Below, piece after piece: positions 55,416 to 64,000 of a DNA stretch of 64,000 nt. The notes under the pieces are model-generated. The model was not told where the DNA came from. It searched no databases and saw nothing but the letters and a program-made list of their open reading frames with translations. The translations under genes were made by a program, and so were the position numbers. The stretch is taken from the IMG/VR virus record IMGVR_UViG_3300027563_000599. One strand, given 5' to 3'. Position 1 is the first letter of the stretch. Each line of letters starts with the position of its first letter. This DNA comes from an uncultured virus (IMG/VR IMGVR_UViG_3300027563_000599) (Duplodnaviria > Heunggongvirae > Uroviricota > Caudoviricetes).

Positions 55416-56383
55416 GAATATTAGTAACAGGCGGCCTTGGGTTGATCGGACACAATGTAGTGTCACGACTGCAGGCGCAAGGACATCGAGTAATTGTATT
55501 AGATTCCAAAACAACCTACGGCATTGTGCCGCAGAGTGAAATTGACTACTTGATGCTGGAACGTAGGATAAAAATTGCCCCAGATACCAATGTGTATGCG
55601 CACGACATCTGTGATGCAGACGCAGTAGAACATGTGTTTGATGTAGAGCGTCCTGACGCGGTGATACACATGGCCAGCTTTCCTAGGCAGAAAGTTGTCA
55701 ACGCTAACCCGGCCTGGGGTAGCCGTGTAATGATGGAAGGATTGATCAACCTTTGTGAGAGTGCCAAAAGGCATGGTATTAGACGCATGGTCTACATCAG
55801 CAGCAGTATGGTGTATGGTGACTTTGCGGATCAAGTCACAGAAGATCACCCGTGCAGACCCATCGGGCAGTACGGCATTATGAAGTTAACAGGAGAAGAT
55901 ATTGTCAAGGATTACCGTCGCCGCGGCGCTTTTGATTATGTTGTTGTTAGGCCCAGTGCTGTCTACGGTCCCTTGGACGTGGAGGACCGAGTGGTTGCAA
56001 AGTTTATGCTTGCCGCAATGCGAGGCGGCGTTCTTACAGTTAATGGGCCAGGGGAAACGCTAGACTTTACCTATGTGGATGATGCAGCCGACGGTGTCGT
56101 GGCCGCTGCCACTAAGGACACAGCCGCAAACAATACCTACAACATCACCCGTAGTCAGTCGGTGACACTGTTGGCCGCAGCCGAAATGATTGTGAACTGT
56201 GCGGGACAGGGCAAGATCTCAGTACAGGATCGAGACTTAAACTTTCCCAGTCGCGGTGCACTGAACATCGATCGTGCAAGAACTGTGCTGGGCTACAATC
56301 CCACAATAAACGTTGAACAAGGATTTCAAAAATATTATGAGTGGATTAGCAATTCCGTTTACTGGTCTAAAAACTCAGTATAA
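55412..56383 (+). CDS. NAD-dependent epimerase/dehydratase
   Basis: TGGLGLIG, SSSMVYG, YGIMK, DFTYVDD. Confidence 0.88.
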   Translation: MRILVTGGLGLIGHNVVSRLQAQGHRVIVLDSKTTYGIVPQSEIDYLMLERRIKIAPDTNVYAHDICDADAVEHVFDVERPDAVIHMASFPRQKVVNANPAWGSRVMMEGLINLCESAKRHGIRRMVYISSSMVYGDFADQVTEDHPCRPIGQYGIMKLTGEDIVKDYRRRGAFDYVVVRPSAVYGPLDVEDRVVAKFMLAAMRGGVLTVNGPGETLDFTYVDDAADGVVAAATKDTAANNTYNITRSQSVTLLAAAEMIVNCAGQGKISVQDRDLNFPSRGALNIDRARTVLGYNPTINVEQGFQKYYEWISNSVYWSKNSV

Positions 56384-57437
56384 CCGTCTCCGCAAGGAGA
56401 TACTGGACGCCACTGACCAAGTGCTACGGTCAGGTCAACTCATGAACGGACAATATACACAGTCATTTGAGTTTTGGCTGGCCCGCAAGAACGGTGTCAA
56501 GCATGCTGTGACCTGCCACTCGGGTACCCATGCTCTAGAGATACTTGCCAGTTACTGGATGCAATTTGAAAACATAAATCCGCCTACGGTTGTGTTACCG
56601 GCTATGAGCTATGTTGCCACTGCCAATGCATTTATTCGTGCCGGATGGGACGTTTACTTTGCTGATGTAGATGCCTACGGTGTGATTGATCCCGACACTA
56701 TTCCGCATACACTGAGTTATCAGGCCATTGTGTTGGTGGGATTGTATGGTACTGCCATGACACACTATATTCGTGTAACGCATTGGCAAAAATGGATTAG
56801 TGAAAATACCATTGTGATAGAAGATGCTGCCCAACATTGGTTGGCAGCCGATTGCAAACGTATTGGCAACGGCAGTGCCATCAGCTTTGATCCCATGAAG
56901 AACTTGGCCTGCTACGGCAACGGCGGTGCTGTGGTCACTGACTCAGACGATCTTGCTGACTTTGCAAAAGATTTTAGAGACAACGGTAAACACACTGGTC
57001 ACAGATCCGCAGGATCTAATTCACGCATGAGCGAACTAGACTGTGCTACCATGCTGATCAAGGCCGCACACCTGGATTCATGGCAATCACGGCGCAGAGA
57101 CATTGCTGAGCAATATATACAAGCATTCAAAGATGCTGACCTGCGTTGCTTGATTGACGATTCAAACTTCCACAATCATGCGTTTCATAAATTTGTTGTT
57201 GAAGTGGACAACCGAGATCAAGTCAAGACTGCGTTGGCCGAAAAAGGTATCGAGACCAAAGTTCATTACGAATACGCATTACCAGAACTTTCTGTGTATC
57301 GACAGTATCCAGCACCAGACATGATGGGTGCATGCCATTCTCTTACTCGTCGTTGTTTGAGTCTGCCAATCTATCCTGAACTGACTGACTCCGAAGTCAA
57401 ATACATCACTGATCAGGTGTTAGATTGCGTCGCATAA
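56337..57437 (+). CDS. DegT/DnrJ/EryC1/StrS aminotransferase
   Basis: SGTHAL, EDAAQ, SFDPMKNL..GNGG, LSLPIYP. Confidence 0.9.
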   Translation: MSGLAIPFTGLKTQYNRLRKEILDATDQVLRSGQLMNGQYTQSFEFWLARKNGVKHAVTCHSGTHALEILASYWMQFENINPPTVVLPAMSYVATANAFIRAGWDVYFADVDAYGVIDPDTIPHTLSYQAIVLVGLYGTAMTHYIRVTHWQKWISENTIVIEDAAQHWLAADCKRIGNGSAISFDPMKNLACYGNGGAVVTDSDDLADFAKDFRDNGKHTGHRSAGSNSRMSELDCATMLIKAAHLDSWQSRRRDIAEQYIQAFKDADLRCLIDDSNFHNHAFHKFVVEVDNRDQVKTALAEKGIETKVHYEYALPELSVYRQYPAPDMMGACHSLTRRCLSLPIYPELTDSEVKYITDQVLDCVA

Positions 57438-60400
57438 ACGCATAGCTGGCCAACCAGGCCCACTCATAGCTTTTCCGAAGTTCCGTGTGGTTGCCGTTGA
57501 CTTCTTCATAAAACTCCACAGCATCTTGTGCACCTTTTGAGCTCCAGTGTCCATTGGCAATGGTGCCAGAGTCTTCCTTTAACCAAACTTTTAGTCTATA
57601 TTCATTTTCCACGTCGGGCAAACTTGCACGTAGTTTAAGTGCTTCACGGAAAGCAGTACGCCAGGCCATCCAAGGTGTTTCAGCATACATTGCTGTGCCA
57701 CTGACAATAGGTACAACTTCGTGTGCTTGGTCTAGTGTAAAATCCAAACCAACGCCGGTGTTCTCCAATGCCAATTGCCGGTTGTAGGCAATCATGGCCT
57801 GGTGACCGTATACCAATCCATTTACAGGATTACCAGCATGGAAAATATAGTGCTTGGGCTGTTGCATACGATCAGGTTGCCAGGTCCAATCAAACATTTG
57901 ATTCACTTCTAGCTTGGCAAACACAGCAAAAAACCAAGGTGTGGTGCTGGCTCTAGCAGCCGCATGATATGCTGCCACTCGTCCGTTTACACCTTCTATC
58001 ACATGAACACGGTTTGTGTACCTTGACTCGTTGGCCAAATACATTGTCATCTGCAAATAATTGGACTTGGCATTGGGTTCACCATTGCTGATAAACACAA
58101 TGTCCAACGGATTGTCTTTCAACCAGCGACGTGTTTTATCAATATAAGCATAGTCGTATAACTGTGTGCGTATATCGCCCACTGCTGTTCTCGGCACAAC
58201 AACACTGGTTGCTCCATTGGTCAACGGCACAATTGTTTTGGTTTCTTTGCGCCACAACGGAACAGTGACCATATCGCCCGGTACATAATCAGTTGTGGTG
58301 AAAGTGGCCAATGGACCTGCCCAAGCAGTGGTTTTAACTGCATCCACATGACTGTCCTGACTGTGCCGAATCACTGGCATGGGCCTACGTGGTACTGAAC
58401 GGCGCGGCACATAGTTTACACTGTACCATTCCAACAGGGCTTTCTTTTCTGCACGTTCAGCAAAGGTAGGCACATGCATGTAGAACGTATCGCCAAACTT
58501 TTCTTTGTCTGACGCAAACACATGCAACATGGTGCTTTGCCATGTTTCTGGATGCCATGTAAAGTCAAAGTTGGTATAGTCGCAGATACTACTACATACC
58601 CACACATGTTCGTATTCGCCTACTAGGCTCTTGGCCAAGCGTATCAGTGTATCTCTGTAGTTGTCAAAGTAACGCACCTTTCGAACCGTTCCGTCAATCT
58701 GCCCAGCTGCACCATCCAAGTGATCTATTTCAAATATGGGTGCTGCTTCCTTTTTGACTTCAGCTCGCATCATGTCCACGTACTTGAACTCTGTAGCCCC
58801 GGGCATGCGATACTGTGGCCCACCAGTCTTTTGGTGCTGTGTGGCAAACTGATAGATGTAAGGTGGTTCACCCGGGTCTGGCTGCCAGCTAAAGTCCATG
58901 TCAGTTAGGTCAACATGTTTTGGAATACTCCAGTTGGTCATGTCAACTAACAATTTGGCTATGGGTCCGGTCATGTACTTGTGTTCAGTGGCACCTGGCA
59001 TGTGATATTCCACAGTGGACATTACTTCGGCAGAATGCCACTGATTACCAAACACATAGATGTAGGGCGGGCTTCCAGGTTCTGGTCTCCAGGTATAGTC
59101 CCATTCACAATCAACCAGTGTATGCCAATGATTATCATGATTGGGCAACAACTGTGCGGCAATATCCATGTACTTGCGTTCAGTGGCCTCCAGCATGTGG
59201 TATTCTACTGTGGGCATAACTTCTGCACTATAGTACTGATTGCCAAACACATAGTTGTACGGGGGTGAGCCAGGATCGGGTTCCCACGACCAATCAAAGT
59301 CTGCAGGATAGTGATGTATAAACCGTGTCGGATCGCCGCACCGACGAGCCCGCGGATGATCCATGTATTTGATTTCTTCAGCACCTGCTACACAGTATCT
59401 CAGTGCCGGACGTTGTTCCGGAGTGAGCCACTGATTACCAAACACATAGATGTAAGGAGGATCGGTGGGATCGGGTCTCCACGAATAATCAAACTCTGCA
59501 ATATCGTCTAGCAATTCCCAAGCAGACATATCTTGCGCTAGTGTAGCAACAATATCATCTACATACTTGATTTCGGTTCCGCCAGCATTGTATACCACAG
59601 TGGGTTCTAGCACAGCTGAGTTCCACTGGTTGCCAAACACATATGTCATTGGCGGATCAAACGGATTTGGTTCCCACGAGTAATCAAATTTGCTCACTGC
59701 TAAATTATGGCCAAACAATTGGGGTTGCGGAAGTCTTGTTGTGCGACGATCCATGTACTTGACTTCTGTTGCACCTGGTACATGATACTTGACACTGGCT
59801 TTGAATTCGGGCGGATTCCATTGATTACCCCACACGTAGATGTAAGGAGGATCGTTGGGATTAGGTACCCATGTCCAATCCCAGGCAGCATCATCAATGT
59901 CTTCGCAGATCACCCAATCAGCCATGCAACCCCACAAACGTGCAACCAGTGAGTCAACAAACTTGTCTGACGTAGCACCAGGCATTTCGTACACAAGTGT
60001 GGGCATTTCTGTAGCTGGCCAATGCTGATTGCCAAAAACATAATTGTAAGCAAGTTCAGTGTTGTCAGGGTGCCATGAATAATCAAATTTAGCAACATCT
60101 TCCAACAACTTCCAGGCAGTTTTATCTGGCAGTCTACGATGTTGTATTTCTACATACTTGCGTTCAGTTGCACCCGGTACTACATAACAGGCACCTCCGT
60201 TAGGTTGCCACTGTGTAGCAAATTCATAAACGTATGGCTGTTCTGTATTGCTGGGATGCCAACTATAATCAACACTAGATACATCAACTGTGTCGGGTGT
60301 TATCCAATTGCTGTAGTTAGATAATTTACGATGCTGTATTTCTACATACTTGCGTTCAGTTGCGCCTGGCACTGTGTATACTGCACCTCCGTTAGGTTGC

Positions 60401-61398
60401 CACTGTGTAGCAAATTCATAAACGTATGGCGGATCTCCAGGATCTGGTGTCCACGAGTAATCTACACCGGTTGGGTCAATGTCGTCGGGAACTGACCAAT
60501 TGGTTTTATTTCCCAACAGTGTAACAGGCTGGTCCATGTACTTGCGTTCAGTGGCGCCTGGCACATGGTATTCAACTGTGGGCATCTTTTCCGCAGGCCA
60601 CCATTGATTACCCCACACGTAGATGTAAGGAGGATCTCCTGGATCTGGTTCCCAACTCCAATCAAACTCGCAAGGATACAAGCAAGTGAACTTACTGCTG
60701 TCGGGCAATCGCACTGTGCGAATAGTGTCCATGTATTTTTTTACAACAGCATCGGGTGCATGATATTCCACACTGGCACGAACTTCTGCCGGCCAATGCT
60801 GATTTCCAAACACATAGATCATTGGAGGATCAAACGGATTTGGATGCCAGTGGAACACAGGATCCGCGGGGTCTACACAATCATACACTTGCCAGTCCTG
60901 ACGATTGGACTGTGTACGAGCAACAAATGTATCCATGTACTTGCGTTCTGTTGCACCAGGAATTCTATACTCCGGTCCGCCCGCACGATCCCAATCCCAC
61001 TCTACAGGAAACTCATAGATGTAAGGGGGATCAACAGGGTTGGGCGCCCATCTGAGATTTATGCTGGCAGGATCAATCCATTCGGGGATATGCCAAAAAT
61101 CAACATCGGGTAATCTATGCACTTGATGATCTGTGTGGTAATTTGTTTCACGATATCCATCTTTGGGTATAAGATAAACTCCAGCATCCAGTTGATATTG
61201 ATCCAACCAGGCATGTCGCTGATCAGCTTGCCACGGCACCGGCTCCCAAAGAAAATCAAAGCCAGTGAAGTCTGATAAGTAATTTACAAACCAAAAGAAA
61301 CGTGTACGACTCTGCTGTTGTGCTTGTTCAATGGTATCTACTGCCTGCTCATGCGCAAACAAATTGGGCTTTTTTCCAGAATAAAATACATCAAACAT
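57406..61398 (-). CDS. 1330-aa protein with about 12 tandem ~63-aa Trp/Pro-rich repeats and a C-terminal glycosyltransferase-like domain
   Basis: Repeat DYSW.PDP.DPPYIYVFGNQW....PTVEY..PGATE.KY; C-terminal DIVFISNGEPNA, NPVNGLVYG, AWRTAFRE. Confidence 0.8.
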   Translation of the reverse strand: MFDVFYSGKKPNLFAHEQAVDTIEQAQQQSRTRFFWFVNYLSDFTGFDFLWEPVPWQADQRHAWLDQYQLDAGVYLIPKDGYRETNYHTDHQVHRLPDVDFWHIPEWIDPASINLRWAPNPVDPPYIYEFPVEWDWDRAGGPEYRIPGATERKYMDTFVARTQSNRQDWQVYDCVDPADPVFHWHPNPFDPPMIYVFGNQHWPAEVRASVEYHAPDAVVKKYMDTIRTVRLPDSSKFTCLYPCEFDWSWEPDPGDPPYIYVWGNQWWPAEKMPTVEYHVPGATERKYMDQPVTLLGNKTNWSVPDDIDPTGVDYSWTPDPGDPPYVYEFATQWQPNGGAVYTVPGATERKYVEIQHRKLSNYSNWITPDTVDVSSVDYSWHPSNTEQPYVYEFATQWQPNGGACYVVPGATERKYVEIQHRRLPDKTAWKLLEDVAKFDYSWHPDNTELAYNYVFGNQHWPATEMPTLVYEMPGATSDKFVDSLVARLWGCMADWVICEDIDDAAWDWTWVPNPNDPPYIYVWGNQWNPPEFKASVKYHVPGATEVKYMDRRTTRLPQPQLFGHNLAVSKFDYSWEPNPFDPPMTYVFGNQWNSAVLEPTVVYNAGGTEIKYVDDIVATLAQDMSAWELLDDIAEFDYSWRPDPTDPPYIYVFGNQWLTPEQRPALRYCVAGAEEIKYMDHPRARRCGDPTRFIHHYPADFDWSWEPDPGSPPYNYVFGNQYYSAEVMPTVEYHMLEATERKYMDIAAQLLPNHDNHWHTLVDCEWDYTWRPEPGSPPYIYVFGNQWHSAEVMSTVEYHMPGATEHKYMTGPIAKLLVDMTNWSIPKHVDLTDMDFSWQPDPGEPPYIYQFATQHQKTGGPQYRMPGATEFKYVDMMRAEVKKEAAPIFEIDHLDGAAGQIDGTVRKVRYFDNYRDTLIRLAKSLVGEYEHVWVCSSICDYTNFDFTWHPETWQSTMLHVFASDKEKFGDTFYMHVPTFAERAEKKALLEWYSVNYVPRRSVPRRPMPVIRHSQDSHVDAVKTTAWAGPLATFTTTDYVPGDMVTVPLWRKETKTIVPLTNGATSVVVPRTAVGDIRTQLYDYAYIDKTRRWLKDNPLDIVFISNGEPNAKSNYLQMTMYLANESRYTNRVHVIEGVNGRVAAYHAAARASTTPWFFAVFAKLEVNQMFDWTWQPDRMQQPKHYIFHAGNPVNGLVYGHQAMIAYNRQLALENTGVGLDFTLDQAHEVVPIVSGTAMYAETPWMAWRTAFREALKLRASLPDVENEYRLKVWLKEDSGTIANGHWSSKGAQDAVEFYEEVNGNHTELRKSYEWAWLASYAFMRRNLTPDQ
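60143..60430. repeat. Near-identical DNA direct repeat (192-bp period) inside the repeat protein
   Basis: 60143-60238 and 60335-60430 share TGTATTTCTACATACTTGCGTTCAGTTGC and GCACCTCCGTTAGGTTGCCACTGTGTAGCAAATTCATAAACGTATGGC. Confidence 0.85.
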
Positions 61399-62488
61399 GA
61401 TAAGAATAGACGAGATTTATAATAATACTTTTTGGCCATGGATAGAAAAAAATCTACCAGGTACGAGATTGTTTTTTTGTGATCCGCCAGGGCGAACTGA
61501 TCCGGATGCTTTATTTAACATGGGCAGCGACAGCATTGTAGAAACTGACTATGTGTGGATGCACGATCAGGAACCGTGCTGGGTGGAAGAATATCAGCCA
61601 TTGTTTGACGATGTTATCAGACGAAACCATGATATACGTACCAACCCGCCGGGCCATGTTGTTGTAAGTGAACACGGCGAGTATGTTGAGCGTCTGTGTG
61701 AAAAATATGGCTGGAAAAGTCATTATTATTTTTATCATGGCTGGGCCTGTCAGGATTGGTTTCGTGGTTACGACAAAACATTCTTAATTCCTCGTGCAAG
61801 AGATCGTGCACCTACACGGACGTTCATGAGTCCCAATCGCATTGTGGGCGGCAAGCGTGATCATCGTGTGTTGTTTTTGTATAATGTATTCAAACAGGGC
61901 CTGGAGCATAATCACATCAGTGTGCCACGCATCTGCCAATATGAAAATGTTGACATTGGTGTAATAGCTAACAAGTATTGTAACACATATCCAGATATTT
62001 CGCAAGTGTTTGAACAGGCCACTTTGCCAAGATTGTTTGTGGGCGAAGAATCACAACAAATGACCAGTTGCTGGTTAGGTAACTATACCGAAGCACAAGA
62101 CAGCTTGGTATATGTGCCCACCGAAACACTATACTTTGGTCGCAGAACACACATAACAGAAAAAACATTCAAAGCCATTGCATTAGAAATGCCATTTGCA
62201 TTGGTGGCGCCGGCACACAGTTTAGAGTATCTGCGCAGTTACGGATTCCAAACATTCAGTTCAGTGTTTGATGAAAGCTATGACACCGAAACCGACGACA
62301 CGGTGCGTGTGGAAAAGGTCACTAGGTTATTAAAAGACCTAGACTGCTTGTCACCTAAAGAACGCCAAGAAATACATCGTGCTTGTTTACCTATTGTGGA
62401 ACACAATTATAATCATTTTTACAAAGGTGGTTTGACAGATGTGCTCTGGCCCGAACTTATAGGTATGTTGGATGGCCTACGCAAATAA
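61397..62488 (+). CDS. Hypothetical protein (glycosyltransferase-like TEKTFK family)
   Basis: ET...ITEKTFKAI...PF, YLRSYGFQTF..DESYD. Confidence 0.6.
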   Translation: MIRIDEIYNNTFWPWIEKNLPGTRLFFCDPPGRTDPDALFNMGSDSIVETDYVWMHDQEPCWVEEYQPLFDDVIRRNHDIRTNPPGHVVVSEHGEYVERLCEKYGWKSHYYFYHGWACQDWFRGYDKTFLIPRARDRAPTRTFMSPNRIVGGKRDHRVLFLYNVFKQGLEHNHISVPRICQYENVDIGVIANKYCNTYPDISQVFEQATLPRLFVGEESQQMTSCWLGNYTEAQDSLVYVPTETLYFGRRTHITEKTFKAIALEMPFALVAPAHSLEYLRSYGFQTFSSVFDESYDTETDDTVRVEKVTRLLKDLDCLSPKERQEIHRACLPIVEHNYNHFYKGGLTDVLWPELIGMLDGLRK

Positions 62489-63659
62489 TTTTGTTGCTGA
62501 TCGTGTGGTACGCGGCAAGGCATATCCGGCCCTGGCACGTTGGTCAGCAAATCCCTACACTGCTGAATGGCGACAGTTTGTACAGCATTGGCCCAATACT
62601 GTGCCTGCAGAACTGTACGAGCATTTTAACACACACGGAATAGCATACAAATTATCAGACTTGAACAGTGCGGCCGCTGGCGCATACTACACAGTTGGTA
62701 TAGGATTTTTTAACTTTGATGTTGATTACTTTGCCTTGATGAGCGAAACAGTACGACGACAACTACGTCGAGAAGAACTCACTGTAGTATTCTACTATCA
62801 CGAAGGCGACAATCCATTCAGAATCAAGGACCGATTGGATGAGCTGTGCCAGAATCATTTGCTGCCGCCCCGCTGCTATCGGTTTGTTAGTGGCAATACA
62901 GCAGCTGATGCTATTCCTGGCTTTGCATATTTTCCAGACCATGAACTGCTGTATTGGCATCGCAATCGAGAAATTGCGCCAATACCGATACACTCTAAAC
63001 AGCGATTGCGTGACTTTACAGTACTAAGCAGAACACACAAATGGTGGCGAGCCACTGTAATGACTGACCTGCATTGCACAGGACTGTTAGAAAACAGTTA
63101 CTGGAGTTATGGCACAGATATTGTTGCCGGCGAAGCCGAAACTGACAATCCTATCGAAGTGGATACACTGAATATTCGAGCAGATATCAAACAGTTCCTG
63201 GCCAATGGTCCTTACACTTGTGATGCAAAAACTGCATCGCAACACAACGATCATCATGTGATTGAATCAGACCACCATGCAGAAAGTTATTGCAACATAG
63301 TGTTGGAAACTCACTTTGATGCCGACGGATCTGGTGGCGCATTCCTGACAGAAAAAACATTCAAAGCAATCAAACACGGGCAACCATTTGTGATCGTGGG
63401 CTGTACAGGGTCTTTAGCCGCATTGAGAAAGCTGGGCTATCGCACATTTGATCATGCCATAGACAACAGTTACGATACTATACAAAACAATACAGAACGT
63501 TGGATTGCTGTTCGTCGAGCTATTGCACAATTAAAGTCGCAAGACCTGCTAGCCTGGTTTGAAAGTTGCCGCAGTGACACAGAACACAACCAACAGTTAT
63601 TTTGCAGCACAAAAGCTGACAGATTAAATACTCTACTAGAAAGAATACACAATGATTAA
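62472..63659 (+). CDS. Hypothetical protein (glycosyltransferase-like TEKTFK family), paralog of previous
   Basis: LET...LTEKTFKAI..QPF, LRKLGYRTF..DNSYD. Confidence 0.6.
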   Translation: MAYANNFVADRVVRGKAYPALARWSANPYTAEWRQFVQHWPNTVPAELYEHFNTHGIAYKLSDLNSAAAGAYYTVGIGFFNFDVDYFALMSETVRRQLRREELTVVFYYHEGDNPFRIKDRLDELCQNHLLPPRCYRFVSGNTAADAIPGFAYFPDHELLYWHRNREIAPIPIHSKQRLRDFTVLSRTHKWWRATVMTDLHCTGLLENSYWSYGTDIVAGEAETDNPIEVDTLNIRADIKQFLANGPYTCDAKTASQHNDHHVIESDHHAESYCNIVLETHFDADGSGGAFLTEKTFKAIKHGQPFVIVGCTGSLAALRKLGYRTFDHAIDNSYDTIQNNTERWIAVRRAIAQLKSQDLLAWFESCRSDTEHNQQLFCSTKADRLNTLLERIHND

Positions 63660-64000
63660 TTCCTACACCAGTTGGCAGCCGTTAGAAGAAGTTATCGTGG
63701 GTCGTGCATACAGCCCAGACTACTTTGATTTTATCGAAGATCCACAGGTTCGCAACCAGTTGCAACAGATCCTGTACGAAACCCAAGAAGACCTAAACAA
63801 CTTACAAAAGACCATCGAGACCTATGGTGCTCGTGTGCGTCGACCCAACTTGCCGCCCAAGGATCAATTTGTTTGGTGGCAAACAGAAAACGGTGGTGCA
63901 CCGCTGCCGCCCTTGACACCGCGTGACTGGCAAATCAGTCTTGGCCAAAAGCTGTTACGTGTGTTGCCCATGGAAGAACTGGATGAAATTTGCGAAGAAT
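63652..64000 (+). CDS. Amidinotransferase-family protein, N-terminal part; truncated by window
   Basis: MINSYTSWQPLEEVIVGR...ETQEDL...VRRP...TPRD. Confidence 0.7.
   Translation, partial: MINSYTSWQPLEEVIVGRAYSPDYFDFIEDPQVRNQLQQILYETQEDLNNLQKTIETYGARVRRPNLPPKDQFVWWQTENGGAPLPPLTPRDWQISLGQKLLRVLPMEELDEICEE

Noticed and set aside
58780..61060. CRISPR array or DGR template/variable repeat
   Set aside because: Repeats are in-frame coding units with synonymous variation, no constant repeat-spacer pattern, no adenine-specific mismatches noticed, and no cas or reverse transcriptase in the window.

Overview
64 kb segment of a large (jumbo-type) tailed-phage genome, almost entirely + strand, in the standard genetic code. 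The host is probably a Betaproteobacterium (Burkholderiales-like porin, Bug/TctC, iscS, ahcY, ahpC/D, fdxA); this is inference. Contents: sugar-nucleotide and glycosylation genes; part of a 7-deazaguanine pathway (folE, queD, queE, a QueF-like protein lacking the catalytic Cys); RNase H-type exonuclease; thyX; many auxiliary metabolic genes; a MoxR-AAA/VWA pair; a 1330-aa repeat protein on the minus strand; a permuted two-piece tmRNA; and 31 tRNA genes (29 in one array covering all 20 amino acids) interleaved with unidentified structured RNAs. The most notable signal is a candidate translation-surveillance module. (i) A 48-codon leader ORF using all 20 amino acids overlaps a long antiterminator hairpin that is mutually exclusive with an intrinsic terminator at the head of the tRNA array, i.e. 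a classical attenuator that could sense failure of almost any tRNA. (ii) A small basic ORF has its stop codon inside tRNA-Lys, so tRNA processing would give a nonstop mRNA (arfA-like logic). (iii) The phage tmRNA carries a long non-canonical tag. A preQ1-I-like riboswitch candidate precedes queD. All protein calls come from motif recognition by eye; no database searches or folding programs were run.
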